Source: an uncultured Chthonomonadaceae bacterium (lineage in GTDB: Bacteria; Armatimonadota; Chthonomonadetes; Chthonomonadales; Chthonomonadaceae). From it: 64,000 nt of DNA. The translations under genes and the position numbers were made by a program. Every line of letters starts with the position of its first letter. Position 1 is the stretch's first letter. This document shows positions 32,043 to 40,951 of this stretch, piece after piece. The notes below the pieces were generated by a model that saw only the letters and a list, made by a program, of their open reading frames with translations, had not been told where the DNA came from and made no database searches. The stretch spans positions 1 through 64,000 of the forward strand of contig CAWFQB010000001.1 in the NCBI GenBank assembly GCA_963817895.1, in the 5' to 3' direction.

Positions 32043-33383
32043 ATGAACAACAAAGAACTGCGTCAGTTTGGTTCGTATCTCGACAGCACCTGCGATGGCG
32101 TGACGCGCCGGGACATGCTCAAAATCGGCGCGGTGGGCTTCCTGGGCCTCACCCTGCCGGAGTTCCTCGCGCTCAAGGCCGATGCCGCTGAAGCCGCGCC
32201 CAAAGCGGCGGGGGGCAAGCAGGCCAAAGAGGTGTCGGTCATTATGCTGTGGATGGGCGGCGGCCCGAGCCACATTGACACGTTCGACCCCAAGCCCAAA
32301 GCCGATGTGAAAATCAAAGGCCCGTTTGAAGCGGTGGAAACCAACGTGTCGGGCGTCTTCATCGGAGAGCATTTGCCCCGACTGGCGCGGCAGATGGACA
32401 AAATGGCGATTTTGCGCAGCGTGTCGCACGGCGACGGGGCGCATGAGCGGGCGGAACACTATATGCAGACGGGCTATTTGCCCCTGCCCACGCTGGAATA
32501 TCCCTCCTATGGAAGCGTGATTTCGCGCGAAAAAGGTATTCAGAACAACCTTCCCGCGTATGTCGGGCTGCTTGGCGGCGCGAACGGACAGGGCGCGGGC
32601 TTCCTGGGCGGCTCCTATAATGCGTTTTACGCGGGCAACCCCGGCGATCCGAATTACCAGGTGGGCGACATTCAACTGCCAGCGGGCGTTTCGGTGGCGC
32701 GGTTGGATCGTCGTCGTCGTCTGCTCGGAGCGATTGATACCCTGAAGAATTCCAAAAGCGACGCGGTCAAGAGCATGGACACATTTACGGATCGCGCGTA
32801 TGGCATGGTCACGAGCAAGGCCGCGCACGAGGCGTTTGAATTGAGCAAGGAAGACGCGAAACTGCGCGACGAGTACGGGCGCAACGGCTTCGGGCAATCG
32901 TGCCTGCTGGCGCGGCGGCTGGTGGAATCGGGCGTCCGCTTCGTGAATGTCACGCTGGGCGGATGGGACATGCACACGAACGTATTCCCCGCGCTGCAAA
33001 ACGGGATGCTGCCCTCGCTGGATCAGGGTTTTGCGACCCTGCTACGCGACCTGCACGACCGGGGTATGCTGGACACCACGCTTGTCGTATGGATGGGCGA
33101 GTTCGGGCGGACGCCGGAACTGAACATGAATCAGGGCCGCGACCACTGGCCGAACGCGATGTCGGTAGTCATGGCGGGTGGCGGCGTCAAGGGCGGGCAG
33201 GTTGTCGGCAGCACGGACGAGCGCGGCACGGGACCGGCCTCGCGCCTCATTCACGTCGAGGACATTGCCGCCAGCCTGTACCATTCCGTCGGACTGGACC
33301 CCAACAAGGAATACGTCACCCCGACGGGACGCCCCATCAAACTCGCCAACGACGGCAGCGTGATCCGCGAACTCTTCGGCTAA
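32043..33383 (+). CDS. DUF1501 protein with Tat-like motif
   Basis: TRRDMLKIG; LWMGGGPSHIDTFDPKP, ARRLVESGVRFV, GEFGRTP, GRDHWP. Confidence 0.93.
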   Translation: MNNKELRQFGSYLDSTCDGVTRRDMLKIGAVGFLGLTLPEFLALKADAAEAAPKAAGGKQAKEVSVIMLWMGGGPSHIDTFDPKPKADVKIKGPFEAVETNVSGVFIGEHLPRLARQMDKMAILRSVSHGDGAHERAEHYMQTGYLPLPTLEYPSYGSVISREKGIQNNLPAYVGLLGGANGQGAGFLGGSYNAFYAGNPGDPNYQVGDIQLPAGVSVARLDRRRRLLGAIDTLKNSKSDAVKSMDTFTDRAYGMVTSKAAHEAFELSKEDAKLRDEYGRNGFGQSCLLARRLVESGVRFVNVTLGGWDMHTNVFPALQNGMLPSLDQGFATLLRDLHDRGMLDTTLVVWMGEFGRTPELNMNQGRDHWPNAMSVVMAGGGVKGGQVVGSTDERGTGPASRLIHVEDIAASLYHSVGLDPNKEYVTPTGRPIKLANDGSVIRELFG

Positions 33384-33413
33384 ACTCGTTACCTCTATCC
33401 TGTAAAGTAAAAA

Positions 33414-33448
33414 CAGCAAGCCTCCCGCGCTACGTGGGAGGCTTGCTG
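33414..33448. terminator. Terminator hairpin
   Basis: CAGCAAGCCTCCC...GGGAGGCTTGCTG. Confidence 0.8.
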
Positions 33449-33474
33449 AACTTTCGGTTCAACTTTTCAAAAGA

Positions 33475-33816
33475 TTAGATTTTACCTGTGGCGCGATAGC
33501 CGACTCGAAGCATATAGAGCATAGCATCAGGACGGCGCGAGAGTATCTGGTTGTAGGCTTGCTGTGAGGTATCGCCTATAGCCTGTTCACCTGTTTCCAC
33601 GTCAATAGACAGGAACTTGCCATAATGATTGGCTTCCGCTTCAGTTCGCAATGGGGCATACAACGCTTCGCCACGCTGTCCGATTTCTTCAGGAGAAATA
33701 CGCGGCGGAACGTAATCCGCTGATGGCAGGTTTGATAACCCCGCTTTAGCCGGTTTGGGAATATTGAAGGTTTGGTTCGCGTACTGCTCAGTAGAAGAGA
33801 TAATTGTGTCTGCCAT
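33475..33816 (-). CDS. Hypothetical protein (DUF5678-like)
   Basis: GEALY...HYGKFLSIDVETGE...RVG. Confidence 0.6.
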   Translation of the reverse strand: MADTIISSTEQYANQTFNIPKPAKAGLSNLPSADYVPPRISPEEIGQRGEALYAPLRTEAEANHYGKFLSIDVETGEQAIGDTSQQAYNQILSRRPDAMLYMLRVGYRATGKI

Positions 33817-33887
33817 ATTCTACAGCCCTGCATAGAAAGTATAAATCATAATAACCCTATGGTCAAGCGGCGGAAAGAGAAACGAAG

Positions 33888-35153
33888 TTGCTGAGTGTAG
33901 AACAGGCATTGGCGCAGATTTTGGAAGCGGTTCCTGTGCTGAATGTGGAAGCCGTGCCGCTGCTGGACAGTCTGGGCCGGACATTGGCGGAGGATGTTTT
34001 TGCGGATATTGCGCAGCCGCCGTTTGACAATTCCGCTGTGGATGGGTACGCGGTTCGCAGCGAGGATGTGGAAACCGCCGGAGTAGAAAGCCCGGTCGTG
34101 CTGACGTGTATCGCGGACATTCCCGCGGGCGCGTGGCCGAAAATCGTTGTGGAACCGGGGCAGTGCGCGCGAATTATGACGGGCGCTCCCCTGCCGCTCG
34201 GAGCCGACAGCGTGATCATGGTGGAAGATACGGCAAGGGCTGTGGGAGGTGAGGGCGAGCATATTGCCATGCGTTCCTCATTGCAGGCGGGTGAGCATGT
34301 ACGGTATGCGGGCGAGGATGTAAAAACCGGCGAACGGGTACTGGCAGGGGGAACATCTATTCATGCGGCGCAGATTGGACTGCTGGCGGCAATGGGGAAG
34401 CGGCAGGTTCCAACCGTTCGCCTGCCCCGTGTTGCCGTGATTTCTACCGGGGATGAGGTTGTGGAACTGGCGGAAGGCATGATTCCCGAACCCGGCAAAA
34501 TTCGCAACAGCAACAGCTACGCGCTGGCCGCGCTGGTGCGCGAAAGCGGGGCGGAACTCCATTCCCGACTGCACATACCGGACGATCTGGAGGCTACGCT
34601 TGCCGCGCTGCGACAATGCGCGAAATGGGAGGAAAACGAAGCAGGCGAAAACGCGCATGGGGGCGCGGATGTGATTGTTACCGCCGGTGGGGTTTCGGTT
34701 GGTGACCGGGATTTTGTCAAGCCCGCGCTGGAAACGTTGGGAACGCTCGACCTGTGGCGGGTGGCGATGAAACCGGGCAAGCCGCTTGCCTTCGGGCGCA
34801 TCGGACGAACGCTGTTTTTTGGACTGCCCGGCAACCCGGTGTCGGCGCAGGTGACGTTTGAGCTGTTCGTCCGGCCCTGCCTGCTTAAAATGGCCGGACG
34901 CCCCAACGCGGAGTGGCAGCGTCCGCAGGTCGAGGCGGAACTGACCGAAGCGATTACGCACACGCCCGGAAGACGGGAGTACCTGCGCGGTCATACCTTC
35001 TGGCAAAACGGGCGCTTTGTGGCGCAGCCACTTGGTGGGCAGAGTTCGGCCAATCTGCAATCTCTATCCCGCGCCAATTCGCTGCTGATTGTGCCGGAGC
35101 AGGCAACGGAGATGCGCGCCGGGCAGCAAATTTCCGTCCTGCTGCTGAGTTGA
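33888..35153 (+). CDS. moeA: Molybdopterin molybdotransferase
   Basis: PPFDNSAVDGYAV, IMTGAPLP, STGDE, GGVSVGDRD, MKPGKP, GLPGNPVS. Confidence 0.95.
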   Translation: MLSVEQALAQILEAVPVLNVEAVPLLDSLGRTLAEDVFADIAQPPFDNSAVDGYAVRSEDVETAGVESPVVLTCIADIPAGAWPKIVVEPGQCARIMTGAPLPLGADSVIMVEDTARAVGGEGEHIAMRSSLQAGEHVRYAGEDVKTGERVLAGGTSIHAAQIGLLAAMGKRQVPTVRLPRVAVISTGDEVVELAEGMIPEPGKIRNSNSYALAALVRESGAELHSRLHIPDDLEATLAALRQCAKWEENEAGENAHGGADVIVTAGGVSVGDRDFVKPALETLGTLDLWRVAMKPGKPLAFGRIGRTLFFGLPGNPVSAQVTFELFVRPCLLKMAGRPNAEWQRPQVEAELTEAITHTPGRREYLRGHTFWQNGRFVAQPLGGQSSANLQSLSRANSLLIVPEQATEMRAGQQISVLLLS

Positions 35154-35330
35154 GTTCCAAAATGACAACAGCCCCGGCACATCGCGTCGTTGCGAAGGCG
35201 GAGGCTGAATGGCTGATGCGCGGAGTTGGTTTTGAAGCCATATCCAACGACAGCAGAGCTATTAAATTAGGGCAATCCGAAAAGCGTCGCGGCTGGCTGC
35301 GGCTGTTTCTGTAGACAAAGCACAGAAATG

Positions 35331-35546
35331 TTACGCCTGCAGCGCATGTTGGCGCGTCATTTGCGCCCAGGTATAATTGATACGCATGTAGCAGGCAACG
35401 CGCCCGTCCAGGCTGCCGGGAAGAATGTCTTCCGACTCCAGGCAAATTTCACGAACGCTGCCAATCTGACGATACACGCCGGGCAGCACCTTTTCCCCGG
35501 CAAGATACACCTCTTCCGCATTTTCATCTACAGTTTGATACAACAT
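35331..35546 (-). CDS. Small hypothetical protein
   Basis: GAGGAG upstream; plausible 71-aa ORF (GEKVLPGVYRQI...LPGSLDGRVACY). Confidence 0.5.
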   Translation of the reverse strand: MLYQTVDENAEEVYLAGEKVLPGVYRQIGSVREICLESEDILPGSLDGRVACYMRINYTWAQMTRQHALQA

Positions 35547-35798
35547 CTCTTCTTCTCCTCATGCGAATCAGGCGCTCAATTCGCTCTTCTTCCAACGTCG
35601 CGCCTGTAAAGATTACTACGCTGCTATTATAGCTCGTGTGGCAACATCATGTCAATAATGCGACAGAATATTTTTATAGCGAACTGTCGCAAATAACGCT
35701 GTAGTTCCCATGCGAAGCGCAAAATATGTCGAAAGTAATACGCGCATGAGCCAGTACTATTATCAGTAAAATGGCGGGAAATCTTCAGGCTGAAGTTT

Positions 35799-38414
35799 TC
35801 AACGCGATAATTCGATCCACAGCGTGGGAGGGGAGCCGATTTGGAGGCGGGTTTGCGCGTCGGAAATGGCGAGAGGGAGGAGTTGCAGGCGCTTGCCGTG
35901 TTCGTCAAGAGCATAGGCTTTCCAGCCGGAACCCGCGTTCAGGGAAAAGACGCCCTGAACCGGCTCCACGCGAATGGGCGACCTGCCCGGATGGGTCACG
36001 CTGGTACGGCCCGAATTCATAATCATGCCCGTGTTTTCCGCGCGGGCGGCTGCCGTCAGCAGCAGATGCCGCGAGTCGGCAATCGGCTGTCCGTCCAGGC
36101 TGGAAAGCAGAAGGGAGGAAAATTCGGTTGTGGGCGCAAAGGTGACGGGGCCAAGTATGACCGTCTGCCCGCCCGTGAAGCCGACAAGCGCGACGGAGCG
36201 GGGCGTATTTACCGTCAAAACGCCGTTCTGCGCGTCCCACTGCGACTGTTCGGTTTTCCATACGGCGGAAAGGGGAGGAAACGGAAGCGCAGAGGCAGGC
36301 TGCGAACGGGCCGCGCCCATTCGGGTTTGCAGCCGATGCGTGAACGCGGCATCCAGAGAAAAGCCGTCGTTGAGGGTTCGCCCCGCGAACAGATCGGGGT
36401 CGCTTGCGCTTGCGGTGAGAACATCGGGCAGGGGCGTAATGTCGCGGCGATAAAACATCAGAGCGCAGGCGGGCCACTGGCTGAATACGTGCGGTTTGTT
36501 GCCCAGGTCGAACTCGTTGTCAATTGTATCCGCCCAATCCGCGCCCGTAAAATCGAACCAGATCATCACGTCCCAATCCTGCTGACACGCGGCCAGAGTA
36601 CCGATCATCGGACCTTCCGCGATGTGGTCGTTGGGCCAGCAGAAGCACCATTCCGTGACCACAAATGGCTTGCCCGCAACCCGCGTTTGTGACAGAAGCG
36701 GCACAAGTCCGTTGTCAAGGGGATTGGTGAGCATGGGCGTGTTGTCAAATTTCTGGAAATAGCCGAAACCGCCTTCGGGATGGTCCCAGTAAAAGTGGCG
36801 GTCTATATAATCAGTGCGGGCATCGGCGCGAAGAGCGACGCCCAGATCTTCCCAGTGGTTGCTGCCGGTCGTGGCGCAGCGGACGCCAATTTTGCGCAGG
36901 TACGCTCGCATTTCGTCATAATAACCACATTCCAGAACGTACAGGGCGTGTTTGGTCGGGGCGTCGAACGGCTCGCGTTTGGGGTCGGCGCGAGGGTCTA
37001 TGTGGCGGCACAAGGCTTGCAGGTCACGCATATACGCGGGCGGAACGCGATAATACCAGTCCTCATACAGCAGCGAATCCTCGTTAATGACCTCCATCAG
37101 CGCGAGCGCGGGATCGTCCAGCCAGCGCGAGTGGGCATAGGGGTTGACATGCGTGAGCAGTTGCCGGATGTACTTTTTATGCAGCAGTTTGATGCGCGGG
37201 TCGAAGTGCGCGACGATTTTCAGCCCGTCCTCGATTGCCATGCCATCCCGTACCCGGTCGCCCGCTTTGAAATGCCGGTTCGTCAGCAAATCCAGATACA
37301 CGTAAATGCCCCTTTTGCGCAGTTGCGCGACGAAGTAATCCAGTTTATCCAGACTGCGCGTATCCAACTGCTGCGTATCGTGACGGCGCGGATTGAACAC
37401 GTTGGGATCGCTCCAGGGCGCGTCAATGTGGTGCAGGCGAACGATATTGACGCCATTCCGCGCCAGCCGGGCGGCAATGCGGGGCGCGTCCGCATGAGAG
37501 GGAAAGCAGGCGTCCGCCATCATGTCCACGCCCCAGAACCGCGCCCGCGCGCCATCCGCAAAAATCAGGTGTCCATCCGCCCCTGTCCGCGTAAACCCGT
37601 GCCTGCCCGCCGGCGCATCCAATAAGAAAGAAACATCTGTTGCAGGAGAGGAATAGACAGGATTAACAGGATTTTCAGGATTAACAGGATTATTTCGAGT
37701 GAGCGCAGGCAGGCTTTCAATCTTCTGTCTCCTGTCTCCTGTCTTCTCTTCTCCTTTTCTCCTCTTCTCCTTTTCTCCTTTTCTTCCCTCGCTTCCCCAC
37801 TGATACCACCCCCGGGTGTCCGTTCGCGAGTCGGGCGGCGTGTGGTAGGTTTGGTCACCCCGCGTCACCTGCAAATGCGCGTTGGCGAACCAGGCGGTTC
37901 CCTGACAGCCGTTCAAGCCGAGCGTGATCTGGATGCGGCGCGTGTTGGGCGGAACCGGAAACGCACGTTCATAGTTTCGCCAATCCCGCGTACCTGTCCA
38001 CGTTCCGAGATCAACGGACTCGTTCAGCAGGCTGCCATGCGCGTCGAAAAAGTACAGCGCGGCGCGACAGGCGTTTTCCGGCCCCCGCCCGCCCCGAACA
38101 CTCTTCCATGCGGCCTCGATTCCGAACCTAATTTGCTGTATCCGCCTGCCGTCCAAAGGTAAATATTGCGACGCGAACGCATCCTGCGGAAAGGCGAGAA
38201 ACGTTTGCAGGCAATGGGGATGCCGCGCATCCACGCGCCGATGAGAAATGCCCTCGTGCGCCCCCCATTCGGCGGGAGCGGCTTGAAACAATTTCTTGAA
38301 GTCGCCATTCAGGATCAGATTGGGGGCAGAAGTATCAGAAGTGGAAGTGGTCTTCACGGTTTGAGGGAAGCCAAAAGCAAAGCAGAGAAACAGCAGAAGA
38401 TTGAAAATGGGCAT
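35799..38414 (-). CDS. Secreted carbohydrate-binding-domain + GH5/GH-A-like glycoside hydrolase
   Basis: Signal peptide; NLILNGDF...GTRDW...GTAWFAN CBM-like module; RFWGV, GVNIVRLHH, HVNPY, EVINEDS, KPFVVTEW. Confidence 0.82.
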   Translation of the reverse strand: MPIFNLLLFLCFAFGFPQTVKTTSTSDTSAPNLILNGDFKKLFQAAPAEWGAHEGISHRRVDARHPHCLQTFLAFPQDAFASQYLPLDGRRIQQIRFGIEAAWKSVRGGRGPENACRAALYFFDAHGSLLNESVDLGTWTGTRDWRNYERAFPVPPNTRRIQITLGLNGCQGTAWFANAHLQVTRGDQTYHTPPDSRTDTRGWYQWGSEGRKGEKEKRRKGEEKTGDRRQKIESLPALTRNNPVNPENPVNPVYSSPATDVSFLLDAPAGRHGFTRTGADGHLIFADGARARFWGVDMMADACFPSHADAPRIAARLARNGVNIVRLHHIDAPWSDPNVFNPRRHDTQQLDTRSLDKLDYFVAQLRKRGIYVYLDLLTNRHFKAGDRVRDGMAIEDGLKIVAHFDPRIKLLHKKYIRQLLTHVNPYAHSRWLDDPALALMEVINEDSLLYEDWYYRVPPAYMRDLQALCRHIDPRADPKREPFDAPTKHALYVLECGYYDEMRAYLRKIGVRCATTGSNHWEDLGVALRADARTDYIDRHFYWDHPEGGFGYFQKFDNTPMLTNPLDNGLVPLLSQTRVAGKPFVVTEWCFCWPNDHIAEGPMIGTLAACQQDWDVMIWFDFTGADWADTIDNEFDLGNKPHVFSQWPACALMFYRRDITPLPDVLTASASDPDLFAGRTLNDGFSLDAAFTHRLQTRMGAARSQPASALPFPPLSAVWKTEQSQWDAQNGVLTVNTPRSVALVGFTGGQTVILGPVTFAPTTEFSSLLLSSLDGQPIADSRHLLLTAAARAENTGMIMNSGRTSVTHPGRSPIRVEPVQGVFSLNAGSGWKAYALDEHGKRLQLLPLAISDAQTRLQIGSPPTLWIELSR
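37654..37790. repeat. In-frame composite tandem-repeat insert, including one arm of the CAGGATT(AA) 9-mer element
   Basis: TAGACAGGATTAACAGGATTTTCAGGATTAACAGGATT (37654-37691), then (TCTCCTG)n and (TCTCCTTT)n. Confidence 0.85.
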
Positions 38415-38481
38415 AAGGCATTGTGCAGCGTATTCCACGCTCCTCCGCCAATCATAATACCCGAACACCTTAATTAGAAAA

Positions 38482-38548
38482 GCCCCTCTCCCAAGCTTTT
38501 TGGGAGAGGAGTGTCCTTCCCTGCGGGTGGACGCCCGGGGTGAGGGCC
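38482..38548. repeat. Palindromic CCCCTCTCCC...GGGAGAGG...GGGGTGAGGG repeat
   Basis: Hairpin CCTCTCCCAAGCTTTTTGGGAGAGG; related copy at 41675-41723. Confidence 0.65.
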
Positions 38549-38553
38549 TGAAT

Positions 38554-38589
38554 CAAAAAACTCCTCCCTGCGTTTCCGCAGGGAGGAGT
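38554..38589 (-). terminator. Intrinsic terminator of the PEP-CTERM gene
   Basis: ACTCCTCCCTGCG-ttt-CGCAGGGAGGAGT-like hairpin with an A6 tract on the + strand. Confidence 0.8.
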
Positions 38590-38663
38590 GATTATTTTGC
38601 TTCCGTTGTCCGTTTGTCGTTGTCTTCTAAATTGAAGAGAGTAACAACAGGAACGTAGGATAC

Positions 38664-39359
38664 CTACTTGATGGCGCGGCGGCGGCGCAGCACGAACGCG
38701 CTGCCGCTGACGCCCATGCCGACAAGCATGGCAACCGCGCCGGGTTCCGGCGTATTGGTCGTCTGACCCTGTGCGCCCGAAATGTGGATGGTGAAGCCAC
38801 CCGCGGGGGTGTCGCCGGGGTTGCTTATGCCAGCGAATTTGGCCGATTGCTGATGAATGCTCTGGTCGTTGTCATTGATGGTGGTAAAACCCGAAGTGGT
38901 CAGAGTCAGGTTGTTCAAACCGACCGTGGTATTGACCGTCTGCGGCAGTTGCCCCGAGTTGATGCCGATAAAGGTGTTGTTGACCTGCGTGCCATTGACC
39001 GTCGTCTGCACCTCACCCATGATTGTATAAACACTCTGCGTTCCGGCGAAGACGCCCAACGGGAGTACGGTCAGGGTCGTAGTAAAGAACTGGTCAATGA
39101 TCACGTTGGGAGCGTTGGGATTCGCCGTGGCAACTATAGCCCCGATTGTGACGTCCGTGCCGGGGAAAATTGCGTTGTCATTGGTACCCACCTCCGGACC
39201 AACTGTCAACTGAACCGGGCCCGCGTTAAAAACGTTGGTGCCGGTGCTATTGAAGACGGTAGATGACGTATAGTTGAAAAGCACCTGCGCGTGGCTCATG
39301 CCGCCAATGCTCATCAGGCCCGCCGCGACTGCGGGAAGAAACAAATTACGTACTTTCAT
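38664..39359 (-). CDS. PEP-CTERM sorting-domain surface protein
   Basis: Signal peptide ending SHA; Thr/Asn-rich body; TPEPGAVAMLVGMGVSGSAFVLRRRR. Confidence 0.92.
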   Translation of the reverse strand: MKVRNLFLPAVAAGLMSIGGMSHAQVLFNYTSSTVFNSTGTNVFNAGPVQLTVGPEVGTNDNAIFPGTDVTIGAIVATANPNAPNVIIDQFFTTTLTVLPLGVFAGTQSVYTIMGEVQTTVNGTQVNNTFIGINSGQLPQTVNTTVGLNNLTLTTSGFTTINDNDQSIHQQSAKFAGISNPGDTPAGGFTIHISGAQGQTTNTPEPGAVAMLVGMGVSGSAFVLRRRRAIK

Positions 39360-39765
39360 TCAAAAATCCTTTCGTCTCATGTCCAAAACTGCGAGTTACG
39401 CCCCGACTTCGAGAGCGGGCGCAATGCGGGAAATTACTGCTTGTAAACGGATTGCGCGCGATAGGGCTTTTCAAAGCCCGTGTGCCGACGAAGCGGCTAT
39501 GCGCAATCATCAATAATCCCTGTCGCTAATGCGGCGTGTCATCTACGGACAGGAAAATTGCAGCCCCCTTTTAACGTTGTCAGGTTCGTCAAATTGACGT
39601 TACAGACAACGATCAAAGAAACGGCAGCCGGGAAATAGAGGGCCGGTTTGTGACGCGCGAAACAATTTACTTGTTCCTTGACATCGCCTGCCTGCTCCAT
39701 TTACTACGAGAAAACACCTCAGTCGCGCAAACAGCCGGAATCTGAAACGCGCTTATTTAGTATAT

Positions 39766-39782
39766 TGCAAGATTCATGCCAA
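39766..39782 (-). promoter_or_regulatory. sigma54 (-24/-12) promoter
   Basis: Minus strand TTGGCATG-AATC-TTGCA fits TGGCACG-N4-TTGCW and faces the PEP-CTERM gene. Confidence 0.75.
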
Positions 39783-40137
39783 ACTGCGATTTTTCGGGGA
39801 AAATAAGTCGAAAGTTCAACTTTTTTTGCGAAAGCGCTTCCAGCGGGAACATTGCTCTACTTTAACCCCGTAAACAGCAATCTGCTTGCCTTTTCAGTAT
39901 ACCCGCGATGCATATACCCCGCAACCGTATTATTAACAATATTATGAAAACCCGGTACTTTTATTTGTTGCAAAGGAATTTTTATGCGCAAAACCATTTT
40001 TTATTCCACGCCGAGCAGGAAGGATTATACCACAAAGCGCGAGTTAAACAGATCGGGCGGGAACTGTGTCGCCTGCTTCCTCGTGTCCCTGTTAGCGCTG
40101 CTTGTGGGGATGTTATTGAGGAGAGCAGGAGAAAACA

Positions 40138-40911
40138 ATGTTGTCCTCGTTGAGGAACAGGTTACTGGCGCTGGATACCCCGCCGCGCATAGACGCGGAC
40201 GAACTGATTGACGATGAGACGCAGCCATACGCGGATTTTCGGGCCAGCATGTCCGACGTGCGCCGCGCCAACCGGTATCTGGGCGGCACGGTCGTTGTGG
40301 CGCGACAGGCGCATATTTGGCTGGAGCGGGAACGGCAAACAACCGCAACTCGCATAGAACCTTTGCGCTTTCTGGATGTGGCGACCGGTTCGGGCGACAT
40401 TCCCCACGCGCTGACCGATATGGCCCGTCGCCTCGATGTGCCTGTTCAAATTGTCGCGCTGGATTACAGCCCGCCCATTTTGCGCTACGCCCGCGAACAG
40501 GTCGGTCATCTGGAACCGATTCGCCTGATACGCGGCGATGCGTTTCATCTGCCCTTTGCCGACGGCAGTTTCGATTACGCGCTGTGTTCCCTCGCCTTTC
40601 ACCACTGGGGACTGGAGCGCAGCGTGGACGCCCTGCGTGAAATGGAGCGCGTGTCCCGGCGCGGCTGGCTGGTCAACGACCTGCGCCGCGCCTGGTCTGC
40701 CTGGCATCTGATTCGTCTCGTCACGATGTTCGCGGGTGTGAACCGACTGACGCGCCACGACGCCCCGGCCTCCGTTCTGCGCGCCTATTCCCTCGCCGAA
40801 TACGAAGCCATGCCCCGCGCCCTGGGCCTGACGGTCGGGCGGGAGGCGCAATTAAAGCGCAGCCAGTTTTATCGCGTGGCGTTGGTGAGGGAGAAGATAG
40901 TGAATGGGTAG
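40138..40911 (+). CDS. SAM-dependent methyltransferase
   Basis: RFLDVATGSGDI, GDAFHLPFADGSFDY, VNDLRR, HDAPASVLRAY. Confidence 0.88.
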   Translation: MLSSLRNRLLALDTPPRIDADELIDDETQPYADFRASMSDVRRANRYLGGTVVVARQAHIWLERERQTTATRIEPLRFLDVATGSGDIPHALTDMARRLDVPVQIVALDYSPPILRYAREQVGHLEPIRLIRGDAFHLPFADGSFDYALCSLAFHHWGLERSVDALREMERVSRRGWLVNDLRRAWSAWHLIRLVTMFAGVNRLTRHDAPASVLRAYSLAEYEAMPRALGLTVGREAQLKRSQFYRVALVREKIVNG

Positions 40912-40951
40912 ATAGGTAGATGAGTAGATGGTAGAACGGCGCGGCTTTCTT

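Noticed and set aside
30623..32999. Long antisense ORFs (e.g. 30623..32053, 32022..32999; likewise 62102..63373)
   Set aside because: Shadow ORFs opposite well-supported genes in GC-rich DNA.
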